DNA of 64,000 nt from Parcubacteria group bacterium (GTDB lineage: Bacteria; Patescibacteriota; Minisyncoccia; Phycocordibacterales; CALRBT01): contig CALRBT010000001.1 in NCBI GenBank assembly GCA_943354475.1, positions 23,807 through 87,806 on the forward strand, given 5' to 3'. Below the pieces are notes generated by a model. That model worked only from the letters and a program-made list of their open reading frames with translations, searched no databases and was not told where the DNA came from. Positions 47,537 through 57,876 of the stretch are shown piece after piece (within the stretch, counting starts at the first letter, position 1; each line of letters begins with the position of its first letter). The translations under genes and the position numbers were made by a program.

Positions 47537-47995
47537 ATGAAAATATTTCTCGCGTCAGATCACGCAGGGCTCGAACTTAAAGGAAAGGTTGTTGAGTATT
47601 TGAAAGGACTTCATTTTGAAGTTGAAGATTTAGGCGCACATGTCTTAAATGAAGAGGATGATTATCCAGACTACATCTCACTCGTTGCTGCCGAAGTCTT
47701 TGTCAATCCAAGTGAGAACCGAGGAATCATCTTTGGTGGTTCAGGACAAGGTGAAGCAATTACCGCCAATCGCTTTAAACACGTTAGAGCTTGTCTCTAT
47801 TATGGTGGTGATATTGAGATTGTTAGACTTGCCCGTGAACACAATGACTCCAACGTTCTCTCGATTGGTGCACGCTTTGTTGGCCCTAAAGAAGCGCTAC
47901 AAGCTGTTGATTTATGGATCACAACACAATTTTCAAATGAAGAGAGGCATAAGCGTCGTATTGCCAAGATTGACCACTTAAATACTAACCAATGA
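47537..47995 (+). CDS. rpiB: Ribose-5-phosphate isomerase B
   Basis: SDHAG, DYPD, GGSGQGE, AREHND, RHKRR. Confidence 0.93.
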   Translation: MKIFLASDHAGLELKGKVVEYLKGLHFEVEDLGAHVLNEEDDYPDYISLVAAEVFVNPSENRGIIFGGSGQGEAITANRFKHVRACLYYGGDIEIVRLAREHNDSNVLSIGARFVGPKEALQAVDLWITTQFSNEERHKRRIAKIDHLNTNQ

Positions 47996-47996
47996 G

Positions 47997-48119
47997 AAAA
48001 CTTCCAAAGTTAGCGAATTTCTTTGTTGTGTCGTTGCTGATTTCTTTCGTCGTACGTTCAGTACGTCTACAGAAATCAGCTTCCTAACGCCGCGAACTTC
48101 ATCTAGCTTTGAAAGTTTT
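47997..48119 (+). repeat. Nested hairpin element C3
   Basis: 17-bp imperfect IR; TTCTTTGTTG; CGTACGTTCAGTACGTCTACAGAAAT. Confidence 0.78.
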
Positions 48120-48130
48120 AACAAAAAATT

Positions 48131-48847
48131 ATGAGAGAATTAGAAATTGAAATTATTCCAGCAATTGGACCAAAGAATTTTGAAGATCTCAAAGCGCATC
48201 TTTCACGTCTCCGAGATATTGTTCGAATGGTGCAGATTGATGTCTGTGACGGTATTTTTGTCTCATCAAAAACCTGGCCTTATGGTAAGGATGGAGACAC
48301 TGTCTTTAAAAGCATTCTCGCGGGCGATGTCGGTTTGCCGTTTTGGGAGGATTTTGATTTTGAAGTTGACCTTATGGTTTCAAATCCGGTTGAGGCGATT
48401 GAGGATTGGATTACGGTCGGGGCATCCCGGATTATTATTCACGAAGCGAGTATTGAAGATAAAGATGAATTGGCGCACCTTATTTCAAAGATGAAAACAG
48501 AAGGGAGGGTGGATGTTGGGCTGGCAGTCACTTCAGAGACCGACCTTGATACTCTCGACCCATACGTCTCTGACCTCGACTTTATTCAGTGTATGGGTAT
48601 TAAACGTATTGGATTTTCAGGAGAGCCGTTTGATCAAGCCATCTTATCAACCATTTCAAAGTTGAGAGAACGATATCCAGAGCTTATACTAAGTGTTGAT
48701 GGTGGAGTAACGCTTGAGTCCGCGCCCCATCTCATTAATGCAGGAGCTAGTCGACTTGCTTCGACTTCAACCATTTTCAAATCAAATGACATTTCTGAAA
48801 CGATTGAGCTACTGAAGGGTGGCGTTGATTATGATTACGACGAATAA
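48131..48847 (+). CDS. rpe: Ribulose-phosphate 3-epimerase
   Basis: QIDVCDG.F, DLMV.NP, GFSG.PF, VDGGV. Confidence 0.85.
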   Translation: MRELEIEIIPAIGPKNFEDLKAHLSRLRDIVRMVQIDVCDGIFVSSKTWPYGKDGDTVFKSILAGDVGLPFWEDFDFEVDLMVSNPVEAIEDWITVGASRIIIHEASIEDKDELAHLISKMKTEGRVDVGLAVTSETDLDTLDPYVSDLDFIQCMGIKRIGFSGEPFDQAILSTISKLRERYPELILSVDGGVTLESAPHLINAGASRLASTSTIFKSNDISETIELLKGGVDYDYDE

Positions 48848-48907
48848 ATTTTCAAACCTGAACTCAAAGTCAATTCTTACTCCAAATTCAAAGATATATT
48901 TAATGTA

Positions 48908-49780
48908 ATGATTGATATAAATAGAACAAATGAACTAGCGCAGGTTGCTAATAACATAAGGCAGTCAATTATTGAGATGCTTCTTCAAGCTGGTTCAGGA
49001 CACACGGCAGGACCACTTGGAATGGCGGATGTATTCACTGCGCTCTACTTTGAAATTCTACACCATGACCCAAAGCGACCTGATTGGACGGATCGAGATA
49101 GATTGGTCCTCTCCAATGGACACATCAACCCAGTTCTTTATGCGACAATGGCACACGCAGGCTATTTTCCAGTTGAGGAGTTGAAGACTCTTCGTAAATT
49201 TGGCTCTAGGCTCCAAGGTCACCCGCATCGTGAATGGCTTCCAGTTCTCGAGAATAGTTCGGGACCACTTGGCTCTGGGTTATCTCAAGCAGTTGGTATG
49301 ACACTCGCTGATAGAATGGATAAGAGTGTTACTTCAAATAGGTTTTTCTATTGTTTGCTTGGTGATGGGGAACTTGATGAAGGGCAAAACTGGGAGGCGA
49401 TGATGCTTGCCGGTAAAGAGCGGTTGCACAACCTGATTGCAATCGTTGATCGCAACAACATTCAGATTGATGGCTACACTGAGGATGTGATGCCACTTGA
49501 GTCACTCCGGGCAAAATGGGAAGCATTCAACTGGCATGTAATGGAGATTGATGGACATAATTTTAGTGAAATTATTTCAGCAGTTGAACAGGGGAAAGCG
49601 GTGTTTAATAAACCGTCAGTGATTATTGCTCACACAATCCCTGGTAAAGGTGTTGCTGAATTTGAACGAAAGTTTGAGTGGCACGGCAAGGCACCAAATA
49701 AAGAGGAAGCCGCAATGGCGCTTTCTGAACTAAGGAATCTAAGAACTTTCGGTGGTAAGATAACAGGTGAGCATGAATAA
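48908..49780 (+). CDS. Transketolase, N-terminal subunit
   Basis: GSGH, DRLVLSNGH, LQGHP, GDGELDEGQNWEA. Confidence 0.93.
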   Translation: MIDINRTNELAQVANNIRQSIIEMLLQAGSGHTAGPLGMADVFTALYFEILHHDPKRPDWTDRDRLVLSNGHINPVLYATMAHAGYFPVEELKTLRKFGSRLQGHPHREWLPVLENSSGPLGSGLSQAVGMTLADRMDKSVTSNRFFYCLLGDGELDEGQNWEAMMLAGKERLHNLIAIVDRNNIQIDGYTEDVMPLESLRAKWEAFNWHVMEIDGHNFSEIISAVEQGKAVFNKPSVIIAHTIPGKGVAEFERKFEWHGKAPNKEEAAMALSELRNLRTFGGKITGEHE

Positions 49781-50204
49781 AATTATATTTAAAAAAATTT
49801 ATCACGCATTTGTTGTTATCTACTTATTCCTTTTATGGGTACCACTTTTTGGTAACAAACTTTTTTATAGTTGTGGTTTTGTCTATCCATATGGAGCTGA
49901 CACGGATCGTATATATTCCTTAAAAGAAATGTTTGACGCGAGGGTGTGTACTTTTCGATTTGGTTCAGGACTTGAGAATATATACGATACCTTTTTCAGA
50001 TCTCTTTTTGGAGTTGGGAATTTTTATATTTTCGTCAGTATCCTCTCTGGAGTACTCGTGATTTCCAGTATTCTTTTGATAAAAAGTAGGTACATATTAC
50101 CGACAAAACCGTTTTATAGGTCGTTAGATTTTTATCTGATCGTTGTCTCGTCTGTGTTACTCGTTTTCGTCCTGCTAGGTTATTTTTTAATTTTGAAAAA
50201 ATGA
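49773..50204 (+). CDS. AT-rich membrane protein between the transketolase halves
   Basis: Three hydrophobic segments; overlaps both neighbours. Confidence 0.65.
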   Translation: MNKIIFKKIYHAFVVIYLFLLWVPLFGNKLFYSCGFVYPYGADTDRIYSLKEMFDARVCTFRFGSGLENIYDTFFRSLFGVGNFYIFVSILSGVLVISSILLIKSRYILPTKPFYRSLDFYLIVVSSVLLVFVLLGYFLILKK

Positions 50205-51184
50205 TCCCTCTAAACCCAAAACTTTTTGATAAAGACGTGGAGCAAGTACCAATCCGTAAAGGATTTGGTGAAGGATTAGTGCTTGCGGCAGAAAACGATG
50301 AGAGGGTTGTTGGACTTTGTGCCGACCTTACTGATTCAACTGTAATGAACCTCTTTAAGAGTAAGTTTCCAGATCGATTTATTCAGATGGGAGTTGCGGA
50401 ACAAAATCTTGCTTCCGTTGCATCGGGAATGGCAGCAATGGGTAAGATTCCATTTATAACCTCCTACGCAATGTTTTCCCCTGGGCGGAACTGGGAGCAG
50501 ATTCGTACCACTATTTGTTATAACGATAGACCGGTCAAGATTGCAGGTTCACACGCTGGTGTTTCGGTTGGTCCTGATGGCGGCACACACCAAGCAATAG
50601 AGGATATTGCACTAACACGAGTAATTCCGAGAATGGTAGTGCTCTCACCTTGTGATGCAATCGAAGCCAAAAAAGCGACTAGACTTGCAGCACTCACAAA
50701 TACCCCTGTTTATATTCGGCTTGCTCGAGAGAAAACTCCGGTAATAACTACAGATGAGACCCCTTTCCAAATTGGCAAAGCACAAATCTTTTATGAACCT
50801 AAAAAAGGCAAGGTGCAAGTTGGAATCATTGCAACAGGCGCACTCGTCTACAATGCAATTGTGGCAGCCAAGGAGTTAGAAGAGGAGGGGATTAAGGTCA
50901 AAGTGATGAACCTCGCGACGATTAAACCACTCGATAATGAGGCGATTATTGAGTTAGCAAAAGAATGTAAACGAATCGTTGCTGTAGAGGAACATCAAAT
51001 TGCAGGTGGAATGGGTTCTGCGGTGGCGGAGTGTTTAGCACAGCAATATCCAGTTCCCCAAGAATTTATCGGAGTTCGGGATGAGTTTGGTCAGTCAGGA
51101 ACACCATCTGAGCTTATCGAACATTATGGGATGGGAATCCGTTCAATTAAAGAAGCTGTCAAAAAAGTTTTAGCAAGAAAGTAG
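50201..51184 (+). CDS. Transketolase, C-terminal subunit
   Basis: GVAEQN, GPDGGTHQ, EEHQ..GG.GS, FGQSG. Confidence 0.93.
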   Translation: MIPLNPKLFDKDVEQVPIRKGFGEGLVLAAENDERVVGLCADLTDSTVMNLFKSKFPDRFIQMGVAEQNLASVASGMAAMGKIPFITSYAMFSPGRNWEQIRTTICYNDRPVKIAGSHAGVSVGPDGGTHQAIEDIALTRVIPRMVVLSPCDAIEAKKATRLAALTNTPVYIRLAREKTPVITTDETPFQIGKAQIFYEPKKGKVQVGIIATGALVYNAIVAAKELEEEGIKVKVMNLATIKPLDNEAIIELAKECKRIVAVEEHQIAGGMGSAVAECLAQQYPVPQEFIGVRDEFGQSGTPSELIEHYGMGIRSIKEAVKKVLARK

Positions 51185-51187
51185 AAC

Positions 51188-51325
51188 CAACGTTTTCGGC
51201 ACACTTCTTTGTTGCTTCGTTGTTCATTTCTTCCGCCGTACGTTTAGTACGTCTACAGAAATAAACTTCCTCGCACCTCATTGAGCACAATGACCTACTG
51301 GGTCGAATTGCATCCAAAAACGTTG
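51188..51325 (+). repeat. Nested hairpin element C4
   Basis: 12-bp IR; core close to C1; 32-nt block identical to C2. Confidence 0.8.
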
Positions 51326-51343
51326 ATTCCAGTAATATATATT

Positions 51344-51568
51344 ATGGATATTAAAATAGGGGGAATATACGAACACGTTAAGACAGGAAATAAGTACAAG
51401 ATTATTGCTCTTGCCAAGGACTCCAAAACACTTGAGGACCTCGTGGTCTACGAGGCACTTTATCAAAATGATGTTTCTAAAATCTGGGTTAGACCCAAGG
51501 CGAGTTTTCTTGGATCCGCACTGAGCCCCGACGGTACCAAACATCCACGATTTCGAATCTGTGTATAA
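51344..51568 (+). CDS. DUF1653 family protein
   Basis: GGIYEH.K.GN.Y..A.DS.TLE..VVYEALY..WVRP..F. Confidence 0.8.
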   Translation: MDIKIGGIYEHVKTGNKYKIIALAKDSKTLEDLVVYEALYQNDVSKIWVRPKASFLGSALSPDGTKHPRFRICV

Positions 51569-51668
51569 CACCCTTGCACTCATGTGTTTTACATTGTATC
51601 GTTAATTCATTATCAAAATGTCGTAATATAAAGCGTGTTTTACGCGTGGGATTCTCTATATATTATCT

Positions 51669-54600
51669 ATGAAATTACTCAAATCACTTGGTTTTACATT
51701 AGTCTTTACACTCGCTGTTTCTTTTGGAACCGGGACTTCCTTGGTTCACGCGGAAAATACTGATGCCGTAAGCCAGCTCAAGGCACAAATTCAAGAGCTG
51801 ATGCTCAAATTACAGGCGATGCAGAGTGGGGGTGGTAATCAGAATACCGGAGGATCAGGTAAACCGGATACTTCTGTAACAAAAAGTTACTACTGCCCAT
51901 CTTTGAATTCGGTTTCACTTTCTCGTGGACCAAGGGATGGAGGTGAGAGGGGGGGAAGTGAGGTTAGTGAGTTACAGAAATTCCTCGCAAGTTACTTTAA
52001 TCTCGACCAGGAAGAAATTGTCACTGGTTACTTTGGTACGATTACCAAAGGATATGTTGCCAGATTTCAGAAAGAAAATAACGTTAAGGCAACAGGTACT
52101 ATCGGTGAACTTACTCGAGCTGCAATTGCAAAGCACTGTGGTGGAACGCAGGGTAGTGGATTGCTTAAATTCATCTATCCAAATCCTAATGTAAAAGACG
52201 CCACTATATCATTATCCTCACTTCCAGTTACTGTAAAGTGGTCATCAATTAGTCAAGAAGTTCAGAATAAGTTTCCAAATGGTTGGATTGAGCTTTCAAT
52301 CGTTGATTATAATGGAGTGACTGTGGCCAATTTTGCTAAAGGATATCGTCTATATGAGACATCAGCAACTATAAATTCAATTGCTGACTTAACTCTTGCA
52401 CAGCCAGTATCATATAGACCTACTCCTGGAATGAAGTACAAGATTCGAGCGATACTGGAGAGTGAGTCTACAGGCGAAGCTAAAAGAGAGGTAAGTGAAA
52501 GCCAGTGGGTAACCTATATTGCTGGCGTGATTCCATCTACGACTTCTTTCTCCGCAACACCAACTTCAGGTAGTGCGCCACTTACGGTAACCTTCAAGAT
52601 CTCTACGGCGAGTGCTGGTGGCGATAACTTTGATTTTGGCGATGGATTTAATGCTTGTAGTATCCAAGGTGCTGTAATGGATGAAGGCGGTTGTACGGCA
52701 CCAATAAGTACACCATTTACACACACATATACAAAGCCTGGCACTTACAAAGTGACACATTCAAGAAGTCTGCCGTCAACAATATTGGGCACTTCACTTA
52801 TTACAGTTACTGACAACTCAGCTCCGTATCTAACCGAGCAAGTTAAATGTGTTTTCGGTGGAGCAACAACAGAGCAGAGATGCTATGCAGTTGTTGCGCC
52901 AGGTAGCACGAGTGGTGAATACGGATGTTCAGGAGTTGGGTCATGTACAATGACGGTTGGTGGCCAAAAAGGCAAAACAATTGAGTGGAAAAGTAGCTGT
53001 GGTACAAACGCCCGTACTATGGTTGACGGCACTGACAAATACGCAAACTTTAGTTGTTCAACACAAAACACAGGAAATGTATCACTGTCGTTTACAACCG
53101 ACAAAACGACTTATAGTTCTGGCGACAATATAATCTTCAATGTTAATGTAAAAAATAACACAAGCAGTAACATAACCTATCAAGTAAGTAGTTGTGGAGC
53201 CACCAATCCATTTTACGTTTACTTTAACAATGGCAATTATAAACTTTCTTTCCAACAACCTGGTTGTACAAATGTTATCCAAAAAACAGTTTCTTTGGTC
53301 CCTTCGCAATCCGCAACTTACGGCTTCACTGGAAAAGTTTTGGATTATAGTAATTCTTTAAACTCAAATTCCGTCTCTCTCGGTATGGACTTGGAAACCA
53401 GTGTTGGTAAGATTACGGCAACTAAAAATGTATTGATTAAATCGTCTACAGTCAATGCAACCCCAACCGCCACTATTGACCAGAGTTCGCTCAAAGACTT
53501 TGCTACCTACCCAACTTTCACTGGCTCGGCAACAGGAGTGACAAGTATTCGACTCGAGATTAGTCAAATATCAGGTACAACCTTGATTCAACCTAGGTCT
53601 GTTCCTGTCATTAACGGAAAATGGTCATTCAAAGCTGGAACAGAAGCACCAAGGGGAAGCTATAGGGTTATTGTGTTCGAGGATATCGGGCCTCACGATA
53701 ATATGTTGGCGCAAGCTGTCTATACCGCCACAACCCCAACCGCCACCATAGATCAGAGTTCGCTTGTTGCATACACACATCATCCAATTATCACCGGAAC
53801 CTCAAAAAATGGCACTGTTGCTGTTGCGGTTAAGTCAAACGGAGTAATTCGTTGCGGAGATCAACTCAATGGTGTCAATGTGGTAAATGGTCGCTGGTCA
53901 TTTGACGCATGTCCTGCCCCCGCCTTTGAAGGTCTAGGAAACGGCGAATATCAAGTGGTTGTACACGATGCATACCGGGGAGATTTAATAGTATCTGGTT
54001 CGTTAACCGTGAAAGAAGCTCCAACACAGACTCCAACCGCCATCATTGACCAGAGTTCACTCTATCAATCAAAAGGATTGTTCAATGTCACCGGCTCTGC
54101 TTCGAACGCAAAATCTTTGCAGATAATCATGGTGACTGGAAACTACAGTGGCGCAACGGATTGGAATAGTGCAAACGCTGCAGTAAAGGCAAACTCTATA
54201 TATAACGTAAACTCTACTGCGCGAGTAGAAAATGGTCGCTGGAGTGGAGTATTTGGTAACTCAAATGCCACTGGAGGAGTGCCAAACGGAACATATACAC
54301 TTTTGGTGTACGATTTATCAAATGATACGGTTACACCAAGGATCTTGCCAAAACTTCTAACCAGAGCAACACTGACTGTAAAGAAACCCGCTCCTGCAAT
54401 ATTTAGCATCACTCCATCTTCAGGTCCCGTCGGTACAGAGGTGATTATTCGTGGCATAGGGTTCACGGGACAGGATATCATTCGTTTCGGTAGTGGCGGC
54501 AAGCGGATAGCCAACACGAGCGGCGATGGTACGACTATTAGATACACTATTCCGTATTATGTTTCGTCATGTGACCTCTGGGACAGTATTACGACACCCT

Positions 54601-54818
54601 GCCCACAAGGATTAGGTGCCACCCTAGTGTGGCCGTCGTCTTACTCCATTTCTGTCTCGAATACAAATGGGACGAGTGCCGAAGCGGTATTTGTTGTTAC
54701 GGCGTCAACGACTACAAGCACCAGCACTCCAGTATCAGCACTTGATCAGCAGAGAATCGATCAGCTGAGCTCGGCAATCAGTGCGCTTAAGAAATTGATT
54801 GATAATTTTGGAAGATAA
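51669..54818 (+). CDS. Large surface protein: peptidoglycan-binding, PKD, three Ig-like repeats, IPT/TIG
   Basis: EVSELQKFL..GYFGTIT..FQ; SGSAPLTVTF..FGDG..HTY..PGTY; PTA.IDQSSL x3; SGPVGTEV.I.G.GF. Confidence 0.82.
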   Translation: MKLLKSLGFTLVFTLAVSFGTGTSLVHAENTDAVSQLKAQIQELMLKLQAMQSGGGNQNTGGSGKPDTSVTKSYYCPSLNSVSLSRGPRDGGERGGSEVSELQKFLASYFNLDQEEIVTGYFGTITKGYVARFQKENNVKATGTIGELTRAAIAKHCGGTQGSGLLKFIYPNPNVKDATISLSSLPVTVKWSSISQEVQNKFPNGWIELSIVDYNGVTVANFAKGYRLYETSATINSIADLTLAQPVSYRPTPGMKYKIRAILESESTGEAKREVSESQWVTYIAGVIPSTTSFSATPTSGSAPLTVTFKISTASAGGDNFDFGDGFNACSIQGAVMDEGGCTAPISTPFTHTYTKPGTYKVTHSRSLPSTILGTSLITVTDNSAPYLTEQVKCVFGGATTEQRCYAVVAPGSTSGEYGCSGVGSCTMTVGGQKGKTIEWKSSCGTNARTMVDGTDKYANFSCSTQNTGNVSLSFTTDKTTYSSGDNIIFNVNVKNNTSSNITYQVSSCGATNPFYVYFNNGNYKLSFQQPGCTNVIQKTVSLVPSQSATYGFTGKVLDYSNSLNSNSVSLGMDLETSVGKITATKNVLIKSSTVNATPTATIDQSSLKDFATYPTFTGSATGVTSIRLEISQISGTTLIQPRSVPVINGKWSFKAGTEAPRGSYRVIVFEDIGPHDNMLAQAVYTATTPTATIDQSSLVAYTHHPIITGTSKNGTVAVAVKSNGVIRCGDQLNGVNVVNGRWSFDACPAPAFEGLGNGEYQVVVHDAYRGDLIVSGSLTVKEAPTQTPTAIIDQSSLYQSKGLFNVTGSASNAKSLQIIMVTGNYSGATDWNSANAAVKANSIYNVNSTARVENGRWSGVFGNSNATGGVPNGTYTLLVYDLSNDTVTPRILPKLLTRATLTVKKPAPAIFSITPSSGPVGTEVIIRGIGFTGQDIIRFGSGGKRIANTSGDGTTIRYTIPYYVSSCDLWDSITTPCPQGLGATLVWPSSYSISVSNTNGTSAEAVFVVTASTTTSTSTPVSALDQQRIDQLSSAISALKKLIDNFGR

Positions 54819-54839
54819 TAAATTTCCACAGGTAGATTA

Positions 54840-54869
54840 AACAAACGGCTCCTTACGGAGCCGTTTGTT
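54840..54869. terminator. Bidirectional terminator between convergent genes
   Basis: AACAAACGGCTCC-TTAC-GGAGCCGTTTGTT. Confidence 0.75.
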
Positions 54870-54887
54870 GTGTGTAATCCAGATCAA

Positions 54888-55898
54888 TTAGATTTCCATC
54901 GTGCTCACCTTATAACCTTCAGGCGCTTCGTTTAAATACTTTTCAAGTGAGGCTCGATCAAGGAGACCTTTTTGAGCACCTACATATTGGACTACAGACA
55001 TTGAGTTGATTGGTCCCCAAAGGAGAGCTTCAGCGAGGCTTTTACCGAGTGCTAACGCTACTGTAACAGTTGAAGCAAAGGCATCCCCGGCACCAGTTCT
55101 TTCATAGGGCGGTTTTGGATCATGGTAAATTGGTACTTGTAAACCAACCACTCCGTCGTAAGCATAAGCACCTTTTGGACCATCAGTAATAACAACAATT
55201 TTTGGACCAAGATCGCGTACCGCCTTAAGAAGGAGGCCAACATTCTGTTCAGTACTATCGAGGATTCTTCGTGCCTCATCAGTATTACAGAAAAAGATTT
55301 CGGTGCGCTCATAAAGTTCTTTCAGTTGATCATATCCTTGCTTCATTTGAAAGGTTCCTGGCTGGAAAGCTAGTTTTATTTCTGGATTTGCTTTTAGATA
55401 AGCAACCAAGTCATCGCGTTGATAGTGTAGTGAGTTTTCAGCAAGCGAGCTGAGGTACATCCATTTTGGAGCTTCTGCGATGGCTGGTAACTTGTATTCG
55501 TACAATTGGTGTTTGACCAATATGGTCCGTTCATCTTCATACCAAAGGACGTAGTGGTAGTTAGTTTCCCTACCATCGTTTACTTCCATGAATTGTGTTC
55601 CTACATTATTTTTCTCAAGTGTCTCGAGGCATTCTTTACCATTTATGTCACTTCCAACATTAGCGATGAGCGCGCTTTTTAGCCCTAATCTTGCTGCAGA
55701 GACAGTAGCATTTGCACTATTACCAACGGCACGAATTACCTCAACGAATTCGTAGGGGATTTTGTCGCCAAATTTTACGCAGAGCTGGCAACTCTCATGA
55801 TTCATATCGCAGGTTACCTTGGCCTCTTTGATGCGAATGAATGCATCAGTGGTGATGTCGCCGATACCGATGAAGTCTAACTTGTTTGAATCTTCCAT
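54888..55898 (-). CDS. PfkB family carbohydrate kinase
   Basis: GNSANA, VITDGPKG, ERTGAGDAF. Confidence 0.9.
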   Translation of the reverse strand: MEDSNKLDFIGIGDITTDAFIRIKEAKVTCDMNHESCQLCVKFGDKIPYEFVEVIRAVGNSANATVSAARLGLKSALIANVGSDINGKECLETLEKNNVGTQFMEVNDGRETNYHYVLWYEDERTILVKHQLYEYKLPAIAEAPKWMYLSSLAENSLHYQRDDLVAYLKANPEIKLAFQPGTFQMKQGYDQLKELYERTEIFFCNTDEARRILDSTEQNVGLLLKAVRDLGPKIVVITDGPKGAYAYDGVVGLQVPIYHDPKPPYERTGAGDAFASTVTVALALGKSLAEALLWGPINSMSVVQYVGAQKGLLDRASLEKYLNEAPEGYKVSTMEI

Positions 55899-55976
55899 AT
55901 CTTTTCAGACTTATATTTTAGGAATAATAGTATGCTAGAATAATACCATACATAATCGTAATTATAATCAGCTACT

Positions 55977-56843
55977 ATGAAGAAATTGATTGAATACGTT
56001 CGCGAAGCGGAAGAGAAAAAGGTAGCTATTGGACACTTTAATATTTCAAACCTTGAAGGCTTGTGGGGGATTTTTAATGCAGCACGAAAGCTTAATGTTC
56101 CGGTGATTATTGGTGTTTCAGAAGGGGAGCGTGATTTTATTGGGATTAAGCAAGTTCGGGCGCTCGTGACCAGTCTTCAACAGGAATTTGATTACCCAAT
56201 TTTCCTCAACGCAGATCATTCGTACTCACTCGATCGAGTGAAAACTGTTGTGGATGCGGGTTTTGATGCGGCCATCTTTGATGGGGCTAAGCTTGGAACT
56301 GAGGAGAATATCGCGATTACTAAACAATGTGTGGAGTACGCCAAGTCTAAGAACCCAGAAATTCTAATAGAAGCAGAACTCGGTTATATTGGCACCTCGT
56401 CTAAAATCCTCGACAAGCTCCCCGAAGGAGTGACCCTCGATCCTGAGAGTCTTACCAAGCCTGAACAAGCCAAACACTTTGTGGAAGAGACAGGTGTCGA
56501 CTTATTTGCGCCGTCAGTTGGAAATGTGCACGGTATGTTCGTTGGAGGTGATCCAAATCTCGACATTCCTCGTATTAAAGCAATTCGCGAGGCTTGTGGC
56601 GTGCCGATGGTTCTCCATGGTGGCTCAGGTACCTCGGACGCTGACTTCCGCGCTGCAATTGAAGCCGGAATCGCTATTGTCCATATCAACACTGAGATTC
56701 GTGTCGCGTTTAGAGATGGAGTAAAGCAAGCCCTTGCTGAGCATCCAGACGAAGTAGCACCCTACAAGCTGATGAAGCCCGCACTCGAAGCTGTCGAAGC
56801 ACAGGTTTTGAAGCGTCTAAAATTGTTTAGTGGAATGGAATAA
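55977..56843 (+). CDS. fba: Class II fructose-bisphosphate aldolase
   Basis: NADH, EAELGYIG, GNVHG, VLHGGSG, NTE. Confidence 0.92.
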   Translation: MKKLIEYVREAEEKKVAIGHFNISNLEGLWGIFNAARKLNVPVIIGVSEGERDFIGIKQVRALVTSLQQEFDYPIFLNADHSYSLDRVKTVVDAGFDAAIFDGAKLGTEENIAITKQCVEYAKSKNPEILIEAELGYIGTSSKILDKLPEGVTLDPESLTKPEQAKHFVEETGVDLFAPSVGNVHGMFVGGDPNLDIPRIKAIREACGVPMVLHGGSGTSDADFRAAIEAGIAIVHINTEIRVAFRDGVKQALAEHPDEVAPYKLMKPALEAVEAQVLKRLKLFSGME

Positions 56844-56955
56844 GAATGTGATTTTATATACAAATATAAACAAAGTTGACCGTAATTTATGAAATCAAAG
56901 AAGAAAGGATTATTTGATTATTAGAATTAAAATATTTAGAAATAAAAATAGTTTT

Positions 56956-57810
56956 ATGGAAGAGTCAACGTACAGAGAAAAATTCAACCTTTTAAACCTG
57001 ATTCTAATTGCTGTTGTAAGTGTTGTTGTGGGAAATCTTATCTTCGCGTCAATTTTTGGTCACTATTTTAACCGTAGTCTCCCAGAAGATTCCACTCTGG
57101 AAGAGCTTGAAGATTGCTCAGTTATTGGTATTAGTTTACGTGGAGTATTGCTAACCTACATTCCCGATCATAGTGAAAATGATTCATCCTTTGATCATAA
57201 TGTTGTGGCGAGTGAAAGTATCATTCAGTCGATAAAACAAGCAAATCAAGATGAGAAAATTAAGGCAATTGTTGTTGAAGTAGATTCAAGCGGAGGACTT
57301 CCTGTGGCAGGAGAAGAAATAGCCACCGCCATAGGCAACAGCGATAAGCCAGTTGTGGCGCTTATAAGACAGATAGGGGCTTCTGCCTCATATTGGGCAA
57401 TAAGTAGTGCAGACAGAATATTTGCATCAAAAAATTCTGACGTAGGGAGTATTGGGGTAACAAGCTCTTACTTAAGTGGTGAAGAGAAGAATAAAAAAGA
57501 TGGATATACTTACGAACAACTAAGCGTTGGGAAATTCAAAGATTCAGGAAGTCCTGACAAGACCCTCACAAAAGAAGAAAAATCCTTGTTTTTAAGAGAT
57601 ATTAATATTGTCTACAATAATTTTATTGAAACAGTTTCAAAGAACCGTAGAATTTCAATAGATGAGGTTAAGAGTTTTGCTGACGGATCAACCGTTCTTG
57701 GGGAAAGAGCAAAATCACTTGGTTTGATTGATGAAATTGGTGGAATAGGTGACGTTGAAAGGTATATTGAGGGGAAAATAGGAGAAAAACCTGAAATCTG
57801 TTGGTACTAG
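56956..57810 (+). CDS. sppA: Signal peptide peptidase SppA (S49)
   Basis: DSSGG, GASASYW, VGSIGV, GKFKDSG, GLIDEIG. Confidence 0.88.
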   Translation: MEESTYREKFNLLNLILIAVVSVVVGNLIFASIFGHYFNRSLPEDSTLEELEDCSVIGISLRGVLLTYIPDHSENDSSFDHNVVASESIIQSIKQANQDEKIKAIVVEVDSSGGLPVAGEEIATAIGNSDKPVVALIRQIGASASYWAISSADRIFASKNSDVGSIGVTSSYLSGEEKNKKDGYTYEQLSVGKFKDSGSPDKTLTKEEKSLFLRDINIVYNNFIETVSKNRRISIDEVKSFADGSTVLGERAKSLGLIDEIGGIGDVERYIEGKIGEKPEICWY

Positions 57811-57876
57811 TCCTTATGAGTTAGCACTTAGAGTAAGTTTTGACTCAAAACTCCATCTGAGCTATACTACGTACCT

